DNA of 63,304 nucleotides, counting the filler, from Choristocarpus tenellus KU-1152 (taxonomy: Eukaryota; Protista; Phaeophyceae): assembly GCA_964200185.2 (NCBI GenBank). It is 10 parts of 10 records of this genome, joined end to end, with 100 filler letters (N's around TTAATTAATTAA, not from the genome) between each part and the next. Parts side by side here need not be neighbours in the genome. Positions count along the whole stretch, not along the records: positions 9,368 to 20,664 come from CAXNAD020002401.1; positions 20,765 to 35,446 come from CAXNAD020001139.1; 8 more parts are not named here. One strand, 5' to 3'. Positions 13,690-27,030 of this stretch are shown piece after piece (within the stretch, counting starts at the first letter, position 1; every line of letters starts with the position of its first letter). Under the pieces are notes generated by a model. It was not told where the DNA came from and did not search any database. It was given only the letters and a program-made list of their open reading frames with translations. Made by a program: the position numbers and the translations under genes.

Positions 13690-15067
13690 ATCACCAACAC
13701 TTCCCACGTTTTTGAAGGACCGGTAAAGGTATAGGTCCATCTCCCTATGCACCCACATATGTATACCTTGAACGATACCCTCCGTACACTCTCGATTTTG
13801 TGTGGCAGGAAGTATATTGGCACCAAGTGTAAGGGCTGTCACTACTACCCTTCAACGATGCCACACAGTGTTTGCTAGGTACAATTCCTCACTGACCAAA
13901 GTCCAGGCTACAATGACCCGAACAAGGGGAATTTGACGACATCAACAACCAGCAGTTTGGCTACATCTTTTGACAACACACTGAGGACCTGCTCATGATC
14001 CCCTCTGTAGCCTCTAGAATTGTGAGGAGAGTCTAGTGAACGACAACCTTGGCCTAAACAATCCTCAAGTGCAAAATGCGAATGTTTCATCAAGCAGCAC
14101 ATGCAGGCAGTTCATCATGAATTGGAGAACTGGGCACAAAACTGTGCGAGGATCGTGCTTAGTGGTTAATTTGCTTCTTCCGTTACAAATAAATATTAAC
14201 TAAAGGACTTTGGTGAAACCATACGCGACTTCGGGTGACATGCAATACTCATTGGGGCACATTTCAAACATACTCGACAGAAAACCTTTGACGGTGTGAT
14301 TCAGTGATACATTGGTGAGAGTATAATTGGTCACACTTGCACAGGTTAACTGATGCTGATACAGATAACCAGCCTCCTGGTGCTGATAAACGTCATCATA
14401 CTTGGGAATGCTAGTGTTCTCGACATGGGAAAAAATGAAAAATCATCTGAAAGGAGCCCTAAGCCATTGGATAAGACTCCATGAAACAAAACGGTGTGTG
14501 TTGACAGTGCAGCTATATATTATCTTATCCACTAGAAAGAATTGGAGGGGCCCCTTGCATACACCCCCTCGTGCTTCCACCAATCTATTGAGGAGATAAA
14601 TGACGCTCAGCACTATATTTGATTTTTTCCTTGGATTTGTCTAATCTATTCAAGTCATATTGTTCAACTGTTGCTTTCATCATGGGAGGGAACAAGGAAG
14701 AAATCATTGAAGAAACCTCACGTCATTAAATCAACTTTTACATCATTATAGCTACACACGAACTTTGAACTGCACTGTATCACTGAGCAACTCAATCTAC
14801 AGTTAGTGTCAATGAAAGAATCCTATGCCTTAACGTGGAAGTGAAGGAAAGTAGAACGAAAGGGTAGAAAGGGCGAAAAAGACACCGAACAAAGGAACAG
14901 TATTTGTGTGTCTATCGTGCACTGCAAGGAGCAGATGATTTAAGTGCTTCTGTCCACAGGAGGTATACACTGTGCTTGGGGCAATCGCAGATCAATGTCA
15001 ATTACTCTCCTTTTAAACAATTTATATTTTGACTGTTCAGTTGACCACACCCTTAATGCCAGCCAAC

Positions 15068-17099
15068 TCAGCCATGGATTGTCCCATAATTTTGGTGATG
15101 CTTTGGGTGCTTGGCGAAGGCCTTGAAGCGCTGAACGGTTGGATGGTCCTCCCCAACAAAGAGAGTTTGAGCCTCAACAGCTTTTTGGATGTACACGCGC
15201 GCCTGTGGTAATGTGCTCCGCTTGCATATGAACAACTGGAACATGTTGTAGTAGATGTTCGCGTATGCCTGTGGTGAACGCTTCAGCTGCTTATAGAGTC
15301 GCAGGAGTGTCATGCCAGCACGGAGGGCATCCTTCACACCTTGATGACCTCCAGGATGTATGGGCAATCTTGCGATTATCATATTCAGCTCCTCAGCCTC
15401 TAGGAAAAGACCACTGAGGTGGGAATCTGCACAAACTCGGCAGTTGCAGACGAAGTCAAATGCCCTCCTGAGGTCAGTTCGGCGTTGTTTAAAGGCTGCA
15501 GGGCCTGCATAGGTGCCCATGTAGCAGAATGTGATCTCCTCGCCTGCACGGATAGTGGTAGAAGCCACCTAATTCATAATGGAAACAGGACAGGCAAGGA
15601 GGAGTAAACATATGTATATATATATTGCTGGCTTTGTGGTTTCAGGCCACTACCTGGTAAGCTGAAGGTCAACCTGGGATATGAATGTACATGATAAAGT
15701 AGTACTTCTGTGGTGATCTGGTTTGCTGTTTTCGGCAATCACAACTGCTATGATGGTGAGAATAAGGATGGTGCAGCTGGTCTAGAGCTAAGCTCTTGCT
15801 AAGCTCTACGTACTCACTCAAGATGAAGTAAGGAATGAAAAAGCAATTGTTGGGTGTTAGATTAGTATTGCATCAACAAAGTGATCAAACTATAAACCTT
15901 TGAAAAGCAACACAGATAAATGCGAAGTATTAGCTGATATTCCATTTTCCATCGAAGTAACACTATAGGATTTACTTCATGAGTAGCTAAGACGAGACAG
16001 GAGACAAAAAGTCTTGCACACAACATAACACATATATCGTCTTTGGAAGGATGTAGTACATGGAAAATATATGGCACTAGACACAGAGGATAACACATCA
16101 AGTCCTCGTGAGAAGAATTACCATTTTGTGAGAACGCAAGAGTATCTGGCCTAAGTATGGAAAAGGCAGGGCAGCAATAAGCTTAGCCACCATAAAGTAA
16201 CTATTATTTCTATCAGTATACAGTCAACGAGGAATAATCACATAGTAATCGGCAAATGAAAAATACTTACCCGAGGAAGGAAACGGAAGCAGGGAACAGG
16301 GTGGAGTAAGTCATAGGATCGTGCGTTGGAGATTTGATGCGACAATGTTAGACAGGCTCCCGTAACTTGATCCACCGTGCACAGATTACTTCCGATGTAC
16401 TGAAGATGGAATCACATGCCATTTGAAGAGCACAATTTAACTACCTTTCTCTGCAGTGAAGCAATGTACAAGCATCAGCAATTTCGGAGTCCTCTCACAA
16501 AATTCAACCACTGTGGAAACGTATCTTCCTTGTCTACTAACGTACAGTAGTGCAATATGGCACAGAGAAGCAGAACACATACGCACCAGGATCTTTACTC
16601 CATGCTTGTCCAAGAAGTAGTGGTCCGAGTTCCCCATACAGTCGTGGTTGACCCGTGACATACTCACGAATAAGCCTCCTCTGCGCCTATTGCTTTCTCC
16701 TACCCGGACGTCATCGATACCTATACCATTCCGCTGGAACTTTTCAAACAGTCTCCCATCTTGTGGCAACAAAGCAGCAACGGCTTCTCGAGATGGTTCA
16801 GGTATCGGTTCAAGAGGAGACAGAACAAGGGGTCGCTCCGCCATTATCTTGCTCCCCGTATCAAACCTCCTGAGTGCAAACACGCCCAATCCTTTGCCCG
16901 GTGCCTCACGAACTTCGTAGTCGACCCCAATCTCGCCGGCAATGCCACACCACCTTCTATGACCGGCTCTCCAGTCGGCTTGCTGACACTCTCGCGAACA
17001 CAATGTACGGGTACCACACTTCCCACATTTACTGGCTCTTCGATCCAATGTTTTGTAGCAATAGGCGCAGAAAGGCCGCAGCACCTTCTTGTGCGGCAT
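15068..17099 (-). CDS. MYND zinc finger + SET-domain protein lysine methyltransferase with helical C-terminus; exons 17099-16587 and 15568-15068
   Basis: MYND: CAYC..CGKC....CSRECQ.ADW..GH...C. SET: GKGLGVFA, SRVNHDC, IRAGEEITFCY, post-SET CNCRVC. Phase-0 GT-AG intron joins KIL|VAST. Confidence 0.9.
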
Positions 17100-18418
17100 G
17101 AGGGAAGATATACCCACAAGAGCAGGAGCCCTAACGGAATTATTTCATTCGTCTACACGGGCTCAGTGTAGAGAGTCCTTCTGTTCTTCTACGTGGGTGC
17201 AGTGTACATCTTGGAGGGTATGAGGGAAGATAAGTCCTCAGGAGTCCTCGCAGAGTTTCCAGTTGTCCTCCACGCGCTGGCTGGCGGCATGCGATGAAAC
17301 ACTGACGGACCTTTCTCCAACTCGTTTAACGGCTTGGTTCACTCAATCCTAACAAGCAACCTGGACCTGGTTGTGCAAGCATGTGATTATGGGATCGAAC
17401 CAAAATGGACAGTGTTTAAGATATGGGTAATGAAGCACCTTGCTTAAATACCTTCCATTTTGTAACCTTGTTTTTTGAAGAGGTCAGTCATCGGAGATGT
17501 TCCTACAGGTCTTAGATTATTCTTGCAGTTGCTCATTAAATTTTTAGTGATTTTGAGAGGTGATGCTGGATTTTCTCCTTCTCTCGGAATTCATCTTTGC
17601 AAATGAATAGGAAATGTATTATATAGTTTTTATTCTTACAAGATGTTCCATGAGAAACAGATTTGTTTGTTCACCTTTGGTATGAAGGAGTAGTAAATAG
17701 TTTATTCTGTGTGATACAATACATACATTTACCCACTTCTCATACTACAAAAAATATACCCTTTGTGGAAAGGACTGACTCCTCCATTTCCTCTTTCTTT
17801 CATCTTACAACCACCTAATAAAAGATGTAAAAATTGTGTTGAGGTAAACGTCTGGTGTCAAAATCCGACCGGCATTGAATGATACAAACTTTACTGTGAC
17901 GTATTGGGACTTCATAGGGATGTTCTTCTCCACATCCTACTATTATCTTCAACCAACAAAAACACAAAAATGAGGTGAATGGACATAAATTACCACTGTT
18001 ATACCGTAAGTACGTTAGAGATGAAAAGACACCTAAACAGAACACACACTAAAAATATATATATATATTTCAAAACTGAAATTTTTTACACTACTATTAT
18101 TCACAACATTGTGACTGATGTTAGTTGAGGGTGATAAGAGCCCCCAAGATGAGGTTGAGAGGGAAGTTAGAAATGAGAGTGTGCTGGATCTAACTTGACA
18201 GACTCGACAGATCAATCTCCACAGTGATTGGTTACTACCAGTCAGAACTGCAAAATGTGAGAGGGCATAATAATAAAAAATCCATCACCGTTCATGTTGG
18301 GGGTTACCATGAGTAGCTTGTACCACATTATGTGAGTTAGATTTAAAACCCAAGATGGCGCGCACAATTGTATATGACAGTACAACTCACATTATTCCAT
18401 TAGTGTTGGGATATCCCC

Positions 18419-18558
18419 AAAAAAGAGACCTGTCCCTAACATCATATATATTAAAATCCCCTCTTATATCTCCATCCTTTCTTATTCTTAAAAAAGGGAC
18501 CTGTCCCTAACATCATATATAATAAAATCCCCTCTTATATCCCCATCCTTTCTTATTG
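18419..18558. repeat. Tandem duplication of a ~70-bp unit
   Basis: GACCTGTCCCTAACATCATATATA...CATCCTTTCTTATT occurs twice in tandem. Confidence 0.9.
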
Positions 18559-19149
18559 TATATAAGAGCGTTTTTCTCTTAAACCGAGGGATCGTGACAA
18601 GAGAAACCTAATTTATATCGACAAAAAGTAGTCGGAGGCACTTTATGCTTGTCCCCGAACAGAGACAGACCGACACCTTCTTTGCTGTATGTAATTCGCA
18701 TGTGCCTTCAAGAGTAGTTACATGTAGATATGCATTGAACATTGCCCTCGGTGAGCCCATCTCGATGGAGCTGTGATGGTACAGCAAGTACCCCATCGAC
18801 ACCACCCCTGCACACTATACCAGTGTCATACATGCATAGTACTGTAACTTTCCTAAATTACACTCATAATGATGTATTCACCCATATATATAGTACACCT
18901 TCCCAAGAAAAGCATCCGCAGGTCATTGGATTGCTGGACAGACTACTCACAGTTCAAATCAAATCAATGTTCAAAGTAAATCTCCCTCCAATACCCTGCC
19001 GTACGTATTCAATTGCACTCTACAAAGACATTATACAGTACAGTATCAAAAACACCAACATGGATCAAATGTAGGTGCACCGCCATGCACCTCCCATCAC
19101 ACGCACTGAGTAAAACAACTTATTCGCCGATAAAAAAAGCTCAACTGCC

Positions 19150-20035
19150 AAAAAAATCTCGAATGTCCGCTTGTTTGATTGCCCTTGCCCCTATTGCACT
19201 GAGCCAAAACAGCTTTGCTTTTCGGAGATAGAACGAAACATCGTTCATGCTGCACTTTTCGACGTTTGTTTCAAGCTTGCAAACCCGTCAGCTACTTGAG
19301 AGTACGATGGTAGAGGAATCGAGAACACCGAAGAGGCTGCTCCTTTCCTCATGGTCCCCGATGCGCTGCCCCCTCCCATAAACGCATTGTCATCCTCATC
19401 ACCCAAGCTTTCATTGTCTGATTGGTACAAGAATTTCTTGAACATCTGGTCTTTCATGTCCTCTAGTGTCGCATTGGCCACTTCATTGTTGTCTTTCACA
19501 CCGATCCACGCTCTTGCTGCGTTGATGGAGGCCTGAGACGACTTTCCGCCAGGTTTGAGGTGCAGAGCGTCAAGAGTATTAGAGAGATCCTCGTTAATAT
19601 GTAGGGACACCCTGTGTAGGATGTTATACCTCTATGAAAAAAATGGCCACCTGTGATACTACAGTACACAGTACAGACATTAAAGTACGACAGAATCGAG
19701 CGCAAAATTTCAAAAAATTAAATCATGATCCTTATCTGCAGACAATGCATAAAGACAATTCAATCATGATCACAATCAACCTACTCTCAGAATTTCAATC
19801 CATATGCTGACGAACCTCAGTATGTTTGGCGCCCCTGGTAGACTTGGCGTCAGACTTTAGCGTCTGTGCTTTCTCCATGATGGTTCTTGCCTCCTTCTTC
19901 AACTTGTAGAGGGTGCTGTGACCGATTCCAAACTTTTGAGCAACCGCAGTTCCCATCATGGTCTTCAGGAATTTCAATGCTTCCACCTTCTCTGTAAGGC
20001 TCAAGCGTTTATGATTGTCGGCACCGCGAGGCTTG
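19150..20035 (-). mobile_element. Internally deleted pogo/Tigger-like transposase remnant (CENP-B/psq HTH plus C-terminal tail, no DDE seen)
   Basis: HKRLSLTEKVEALKFL...VAQKFGIGHSTLYKLKK is a CENP-B-type HTH; the frameshifted tail ends KQADIRDFF. Confidence 0.65.
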
Positions 20036-20556
20036 TAGAACGCGGCTTTCTCCGTAGATAAGTCCTTGAATCTCGCCACCACCATATCTTCTACTTCCTT
20101 AATAGACTTGGTTTGCCCAAAATCAATGAAGTTCTTGATTTGGAAGTAGTTCTCCCCCAGGTTGTTAAGGATGGTAGCGACCTTAGTTTCTTCCGCAATT
20201 ACTTCACCCATGGACTCCAGTCTGGTTGTCAACCTGGACAGTTCAATAAGCCCTGGCGAAGGATCTTTCCTGTCGTCAATTGTAAGTCGGTCAAGTTCTT
20301 GCCAGGTCTTGCTTCCTGTCGAGTTTTGGGCATGAACGCCATGTCGAGTGAGCGCCATCCTGCACTTGGGGAGCCAGGCGCGATGAACACATGTAAAGCA
20401 CGATCTTAAAGCATGATCAGCATGAGCTGCCACGCTTTCTTTGCCCATGAAATAGCCAGATCACCGTCACTCACCACAACTGGAAGAGGTGTCGTAGAAG
20501 CTCTCGTTGCTTGGTCGTCTTCATCGCTTGGTGAACTTGACCATTCGATGTCCATT
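20036..20556 (-). mobile_element. Copia gag fragment
   Basis: RLESMGEVIAEETKVATILNNLGENY is a Retrotran_gag_2-like motif. Confidence 0.7.
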
Positions 20557-20557
20557 T

Positions 20558-20664
20558 GTTACAGGCGCCCCTCAATGCTCACCTTCCAGGATGTACAACT
20601 CAAATCCAATTCCCAGATTATCGAACGTCAGCTCAGCAGAACAGGGATACTCTTAATTGATTCA
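20558..20664 (+). mobile_element. Probable LTR terminus TGTTACAGGCGCCCCTCAATGCTCACC; second copy at 57865-57963
   Basis: Two ~55-bp near-identical copies both start exactly at TG and both run towards a contig end. Confidence 0.6.
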
Positions 20665-22542
20665 NNNNNNNNNNNNNNNNNNNNNNNNNNNNNNNNNNNN
20701 NNNNNNNNTTAATTAATTAANNNNNNNNNNNNNNNNNNNNNNNNNNNNNNNNNNNNNNNNNNNNGTGAAAAACGGACGCCGACACCCCCCCCTAGATACT
20801 TTGACCCAAAACAATTGTCTCCAATCCGGTTTTGGACGCAAACCATTCGCTCACTTTGTCACACCCTGTGCCACCTCGCCGATAGAAGCAAGCTGCTCGC
20901 TCAAGGTACGACGGGAACTCCGCCTTGCACAGTCATGGAAAAATGAGAAGATCCATTTCATAACTGAAGGCATTACCACAACAATAATACGGCGCCCGAT
21001 ATGTTGGAACAAGACGAGAGAAAGGGCATGATGTTGAATCAATGCGTCAGACTACAGCAATTTATGCATCATTTCAAACATAACCACTTTCAATTTATAG
21101 TGTGTGTACATTGCATCAATGGTTCAGAGTTACGGGTATCAACGCTCTTAGAGCACGACGAACAAGTTGCTCACATCATAGGTGGATCAGTCTTCGGAGT
21201 TGACGTGTTCTTGGACGTCGAAGCGTTGGGAGAATGGTCCCTATCTCCAGCAGAACTGTCTGTACCAATGGCTGTAACCTCATGGTCCCCATTCTGAGTG
21301 AGTGGGCATGGTGATCTCGTCAAGGACCTAACTAGGTCAGGGTTTACTCCTTCTATCACTCTTTCCTGAGGTAGGTATCTCTTGGCGAAGGCTACTACTG
21401 TGCGATCACACACCATCTTTCGGGGTTGTCTTGCATTCGTTTGGGCACCTCCACGATCAACCGAACGTCTTCCGTAGTGAGCGCTAAGGTAGGTCGTGTC
21501 ATCGCCAAACCCAAGCTTTGTTTGTGGATGAGCCCGGTTAATAGAGAGGAGAAGAGAAGCAGTGATACGAGCGCGGAGTACATGCGGATTATCAAGTCGG
21601 CAGACGAGATTCAAAGCCAATGTTTTCTTTAGGAAAAGGCAGCATCGTTTAGAGAAGCTCATCCTAGCTGTAGCTCATGCCGTGGGTGAGAACACAACAA
21701 GTATTACCTGAGCATTTCCTGTTCGAGCCATTTGTGTAGCCAATGGGTGTTGCCACAAGAATCACCTCCAGGCTTGGCTACCTTGTACCTAAAGAAAAAC
21801 GAAGTTTTCGAAATGCGAACGGTTTCAAGAGATCCACCAATTGCCAGATAACGAGTAGTACGCATCCACTAGCTCTTATCCTAATTGTAGAATAGCAGTA
21901 TTAGTATTATAAATCAGATAACCAATGTAGTTAATGGAGACGAAGCAGAGTTCCGTGGTCACCTACAATACTATGCCCGACAAGTGTCATACATCCTATG
22001 GTGCTACAACAGGCACCCGTCCAGTGCCAAGTTTTCTGATGGATAACCTTTGAGTAAGCAACGCATATTTTTCGAAAAATTACATTTCGTGTTGAGTAAG
22101 ATTAGCACACTACTCTACATTACTCTCTCTGGGCTTTCTCCGAAGGAGGGTACGCTTTGCGTGTAGGTCTTATTTCATCATACCTTGTCTTGATTCGATA
22201 TTTTTCTTTGTGTTGAATTTTTATCATGCATCCCCTTCTACCCTGAACATCTCCATATCCCCAGAACGAGAACAACATACCGCTTGTATAACACAACTTC
22301 AGGTTTTATAGAGTTGCGCCCATCAAAGCGTTCTCTGTACAATGGACAATGCAGATTGGTGGGGCTAGGATTGTGCTGGATACTCGATATTGCAGGTCAA
22401 ACATGGCGGAAAGTTTTGGTGTATCGCTAGTGCTGAGCGATTTTCCTCTGTGTAGGTGATACATTTCCTGCAGATTGTAAGTATTTAATATCTCATGCCC
22501 CTCCCACCCCTCCACTCATAACTTCACCTCGCGGTTCCACAC

Positions 22543-22801
22543 AAGTGAAAGTATCTTAGAGGGTACGAGTTTTACCCTATTTGCCCATTTGGGGCTTGGC
22601 TTCCCATGGGGTTTTTTATGACATTTTCCTATTCCAAAATGATTAGGAGTAGGTAAAATGTATACGTTATGAAAAGATATGTCCGGAGCATGGATATTGA
22701 CACTTCCTAACAAACACGATAGCCAAAATTACATCCAAATCTCAACATTGGATTTTGGCCCCCAAATGGACGCGGCTCTACCCTCTAAGATACTTTGACT
22801 C
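22543..22801 (+). mobile_element. Sola-like MITE, copy B
   Basis: TIRs; perfect TSD ACAC (22539-42 / 22802-05). Confidence 0.95.
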
Positions 22802-23449
22802 ACACGGCTCCGTGCACTCGCTCTTTTTAATTGCCAAGTAAGCTCGAGAATGAAGTCTCCACTATCCTTTCTAAATTATTTTTGTTTGGCCCCAGTACAA
22901 TTTTTTTGGAAATCGCCCACACTTCTGCAAACCGTGTCAATATTGGACAAAAAAGAGCAACATCTGAAGATCCTTTCACAAAATAACACTTTGCGCATTA
23001 TGTCCACAAAAAAAAACTCCTTGCCATAACGATCCCTGTTGCTGTGGAACATAGACCCAATCTATTCCGTCAAATTCACCAGGGACAGAAGGTATGTCGC
23101 TAAGGTTGATCACAAGTAGTAGTAGTAGCATTGTCAAGCTGGATTTCATGGAGTTGTAAGAGCTTATTATTTGTATGTGGAGATATAACAATTGAGCGAG
23201 GACTTCATTTGGTATTAAACACATATGCATGCAGGGAAGTTTGCAAGGGTCATATGTCGTCTTGGTGAAGAGGGAGTGACTTCATCAACAGAAATCGGTT
23301 TGTCTTAATTATAGACCTCGGGCAGACTTCACCTAGCTAATCACCTTCCCCATGTTCAAAGGTCAGACCTGCATGGAGAACATTGAGTGCGTTGCTTGGA
23401 CTTTGGTCTTGACTGAGCCCACAAATGTGTTGGTCAGTGAATGCAGCCA

Positions 23450-23709
23450 GAGTGAAAGTATCTTAGAGGGTACGAGTTTTACCCTATTTGCCCATTTGGG
23501 GCTTGGGCTTCCCATGGGGTTTTTTATGACATTTTCCTACTCCAAAATGATTAGGAGTAGGTAAAATGTATACGTTATGAAAAGATATGTCCGGAGCATG
23601 GATATTGACACTTCCTAACAAACACGATAGCCAAAATTACATCCAAATCTCAACATTGGATTTTGGCCCCCAAATGGACGCGGCTCTACCCTCTAAGATA
23701 CTTCGACTC
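23450..23709 (+). mobile_element. Sola-like MITE, copy C
   Basis: Near-identical to copy B; no TSD. Confidence 0.95.
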
Positions 23710-24146
23710 AAGCATATGTAATTTTCAACAGTTTTAGAGGTTTTGTTTGGGGCATGGTTATCAGTTGATTCTAGGGATCCTACACAGGGAGTTCCTCAAT
23801 ACCAAACCTCCAACTTCCTTGTTGAGTGGGGGGGATATGCTACTAATACAGTATGCCTCAGATACTCTAATGGTGTTCCAAGGGTGTTCTCCTATTCTTG
23901 ACCTTCTATTTGTTCTCAACTTATTGTATCACTCGTCAAAAACCAATGATGGACCTTTGTAGGACCTTGTTTTTGTTTTGTAGCGACACAGGGCGCTCTG
24001 TGGCCCTATGTAGATACTTTCTCAGTGAGATCGGTGTGGTGGGAGGGGGAGGGATGAGAATGGTGAGTCCGTATATTCCGTGTGTAGGGTCCCTTGATTG
24101 ATAACATGCTTGAGATGAAAAATTCATCATTAATTCCACTTTTGTA

Positions 24147-26391
24147 CCTCCTCCATTCGGAATTGAATGTAACATAACTTTTGCCCATTCTTGTCAGAGC
24201 AACCCCCACGTGATAAACCCTCTCGACAAGGCTTAGTTCTCATATAGTTTGGGAGGCGTGCAAAGTTTGAGATGGCGGATTGTCATGACTGTGGAGGATC
24301 ACCAATGGAAAGTCAACTAAGTCGATTTTGATAGGGTTCAAAAACTCACAAAACTGTGAACGTGGGTGCCTATTGGGATGCCTAGGACAACAGCCCCCTG
24401 TAGATCGAGTGGCTCGCTCATCCCATCATCGCCTGTCCATCCAAATTCTTCAGCCCAGAAGCCTGTCTGGGGTCCACACTCAAACACTGCGACAAAGAAA
24501 AGCATGGTGCTACAATGCTTGGAGTTGAGAGGGTGTGAGACTTGGATGCCTCAGGGTATGGCGACAACCATCATGGAGGACTTCCGAATTTCCCAAATCA
24601 CTGTGTCCGTCATCTGAAGGAGTGTGACGGCCACATTGCATGGGGTGAATGAGTCAAAGTATCTGAGAGGGTAAACCTGCGTCCATTCGGGGATCAAAAT
24701 TCATTGTTGTGATTTTGATGTAATTTTGGTTATCGTGTTTGTTAAGAAGTGTCGATATCCTTATTATAGACACACCTTTTAATATCATACACATTTTACC
24801 TACTCCGAAACATTTCGGGGTAGGAAAAAGTTATAGAAAAACTGTGGGAAGTCAAGCCGCAAATGGACAAATATGGGAAAAATCGTACCCTCTGAGATAC
24901 TTTCACCCAATGTGTGGACCTTGTACAGTATTGCAAGGGGCGATGTGGTCATTGTACAAGTATCCTCAATGTTTGGGATGTCCCATCAGTACACTACATA
25001 TCCTGCCGCAAATGGGTGACAAAAGCTGGGGTCTCCCTTGCCTTGTTGCGGGATCTGTGGAAGTGTGAGAAGGTGAAGAAGGTGAAGCGGTGGATTAAGC
25101 CAGTCCTCTCAGACCAGTAGAAAGTGAACAGGGTAGGTTTCTTCATCAGCCATATATATAGGAAGGTGGAAGTGGGATATTACTGGGCGATCTCTATGAC
25201 TGGGTTCATGTGGACGAAACGTGGCTCTACATTGTTAAAGATGGGGAAGTAATGTACCTTCACCCCACTGAGGACCCCCCTGACTCCCCACTTTCACAGA
25301 ATATGCATTACATTACGAAGGTGATGTTTTGCAGCTGTGGTCATCCCTATAAAGCTCTACAATGGAATGTGGTTTGATATGAAAATCGGGATCTGCCCAA
25401 TCGTGGACACAAAGGTCGCTCAATACTTCAGCAAACACCCCCCAAGGACACCAATGTGTTTGTCCCTGCCACAGTGGACAGGGAGAGGTATAAGGAGCTC
25501 ATGATCAAGGATGTCATCCTGGCCATCAAAGCCCATATGCCTAGGCTTGAAGGACACACCATCTTTGTGCAGCAGGACGGGGCAAGGCCACACACCAAGC
25601 CACACATCAAGGGGGGGATAATGGAGGCAATCGAGGAGGCAGTGGGGAAAGACATTGTCATAGAGACCCAGCCAGCCAACTCACTTGACCTCAACGTCAA
25701 CAACCTGGGATTCTTTTATTCCTTCCAGGAACTGAAGGAAGATGTCGGGGTGACTAATACAGAGGAGCTGATGGCGGCCCCAATGGAGGCATTCAACGTG
25801 TACCCCTGGAAGACACTAGAGTACGTCTTACAGAGCCTCTTCATTGTCTATGGTGAAGTGCTGAGGTCCAAGGGTTATAAAGTCTTCAAAATCCTCCATA
25901 TTGGCAAGGAAAAGGCTGAGATGACGGGTAAGCTCCTCCCAAATCCCTTGAGGGATGCGGTGAAGTGCCATGCGGGAATGAAGTTTTGGACGGCTTCGGG
26001 GGCGGAGTCATAGATAGGTGTAGGCCGCCTCGTGTTACTTAAGACTTCTGTGGGCAACCTTTACATGCCTGCACAATGGGCAAAACTAGAGGTATCCAGG
26101 TTTCGGATGTTTACATTTTATCCCAGTTTTCTATTAATGCGCAGTTGACTTGAGAGGATTCATCCTCTAATGTTTGAAACAGTTCGACATAATTTCAGAA
26201 CATATCCTACACGTATTTGTAGAAAATGTCGAATTTTGCATATATATGTCAATATCCTCAAAATGCAACCCCTGCATACCTCTCGTTTACTTTGACTCAA
26301 TACACCCATAAAATATGAACATGTGAAAAAAGTCTTGCTTCTTCATCAGGGCTGCAAACGTTCTGTTACATTTATTTCCGCACGGAGGAAG
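24147..26391 (+). mobile_element. Full-length decayed plant-type mariner with Stowaway-like TIRs and TA TSD
   Basis: TA|CCTCCTCCATTCGGAATTGAATGTAACA ... TGTTACATTTATTTCCGCACGGAGGAAG|TA. Motifs VHVDETWLY, VQQDGARPH, TQPANSLDLNVNNLGFF; frameshifted. Confidence 0.92.
24651..24908 (-). mobile_element. Sola-like MITE, copy D, nested in the mariner
   Basis: TIRs; absent from the homologous position of the mariner at 40998-42739; flanks GAAT/AAT. Confidence 0.92.
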
Positions 26392-27030
26392 TACTTCCTT
26401 GTACGCATTTAAGCTAATGAAGAATGGGTCAGAGGCGCTACAACACTGCTCCTCATAATAAGAACTACTTCAGGTAGTGTTATGTAACTGTTACACTACA
26501 ACTAATTGTATTGCATTCGTTCTGGCCTTGTTTCTTACGCGTGATTCAACACTCCCACTGTTCTTCTCTTCGCCTCGTTCGTCGAGTCTTATTCTCCTGG
26601 ATCACAGACAGGATAGCACAGGTTTACAATTCGTTGGGTTGATACGTGAGTTTGTATCACTGAAACGAGATTTCCGAAATATGAAGTATTTCATCGAAGG
26701 GGTTTGAACCAACGAAGTTCATATGGATAGCCCCTACTCATAAACGTAGCCCCTCTACTATGTTGTAATGACGTTCTAATTGAAGTGGTCTTTGATTGAT
26801 TGAAGGCGTTATTTGGGATTTAGGGTGCAATATGGTTATGTGTTGGAAGTTGGAGTTGCGACAACATTTCTAGACAATGGCTGATCCGAAACCCTCCAAC
26901 ACAATGGCATCCGAGAAGATGCCCTCATTCACTCCTAAGCCCAATGTCCAAAATAATATATGAGAGAAATATACCATCACCAACCTCACTTCACCTAAAA
27001 TTGTGACCAGTTAGCATCTACGTTGAAGTC

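Noticed and set aside
21060-21170. Cys-rich PHD-like peptide on the minus strand
   Set aside because: Multiple stops, too decayed to assign
22543-24908. Clustered repeats as a CRISPR-like array
   Set aside because: They are 259-bp dispersed TIR elements in both orientations with TSDs; no repeat-spacer periodicity and no cas genes
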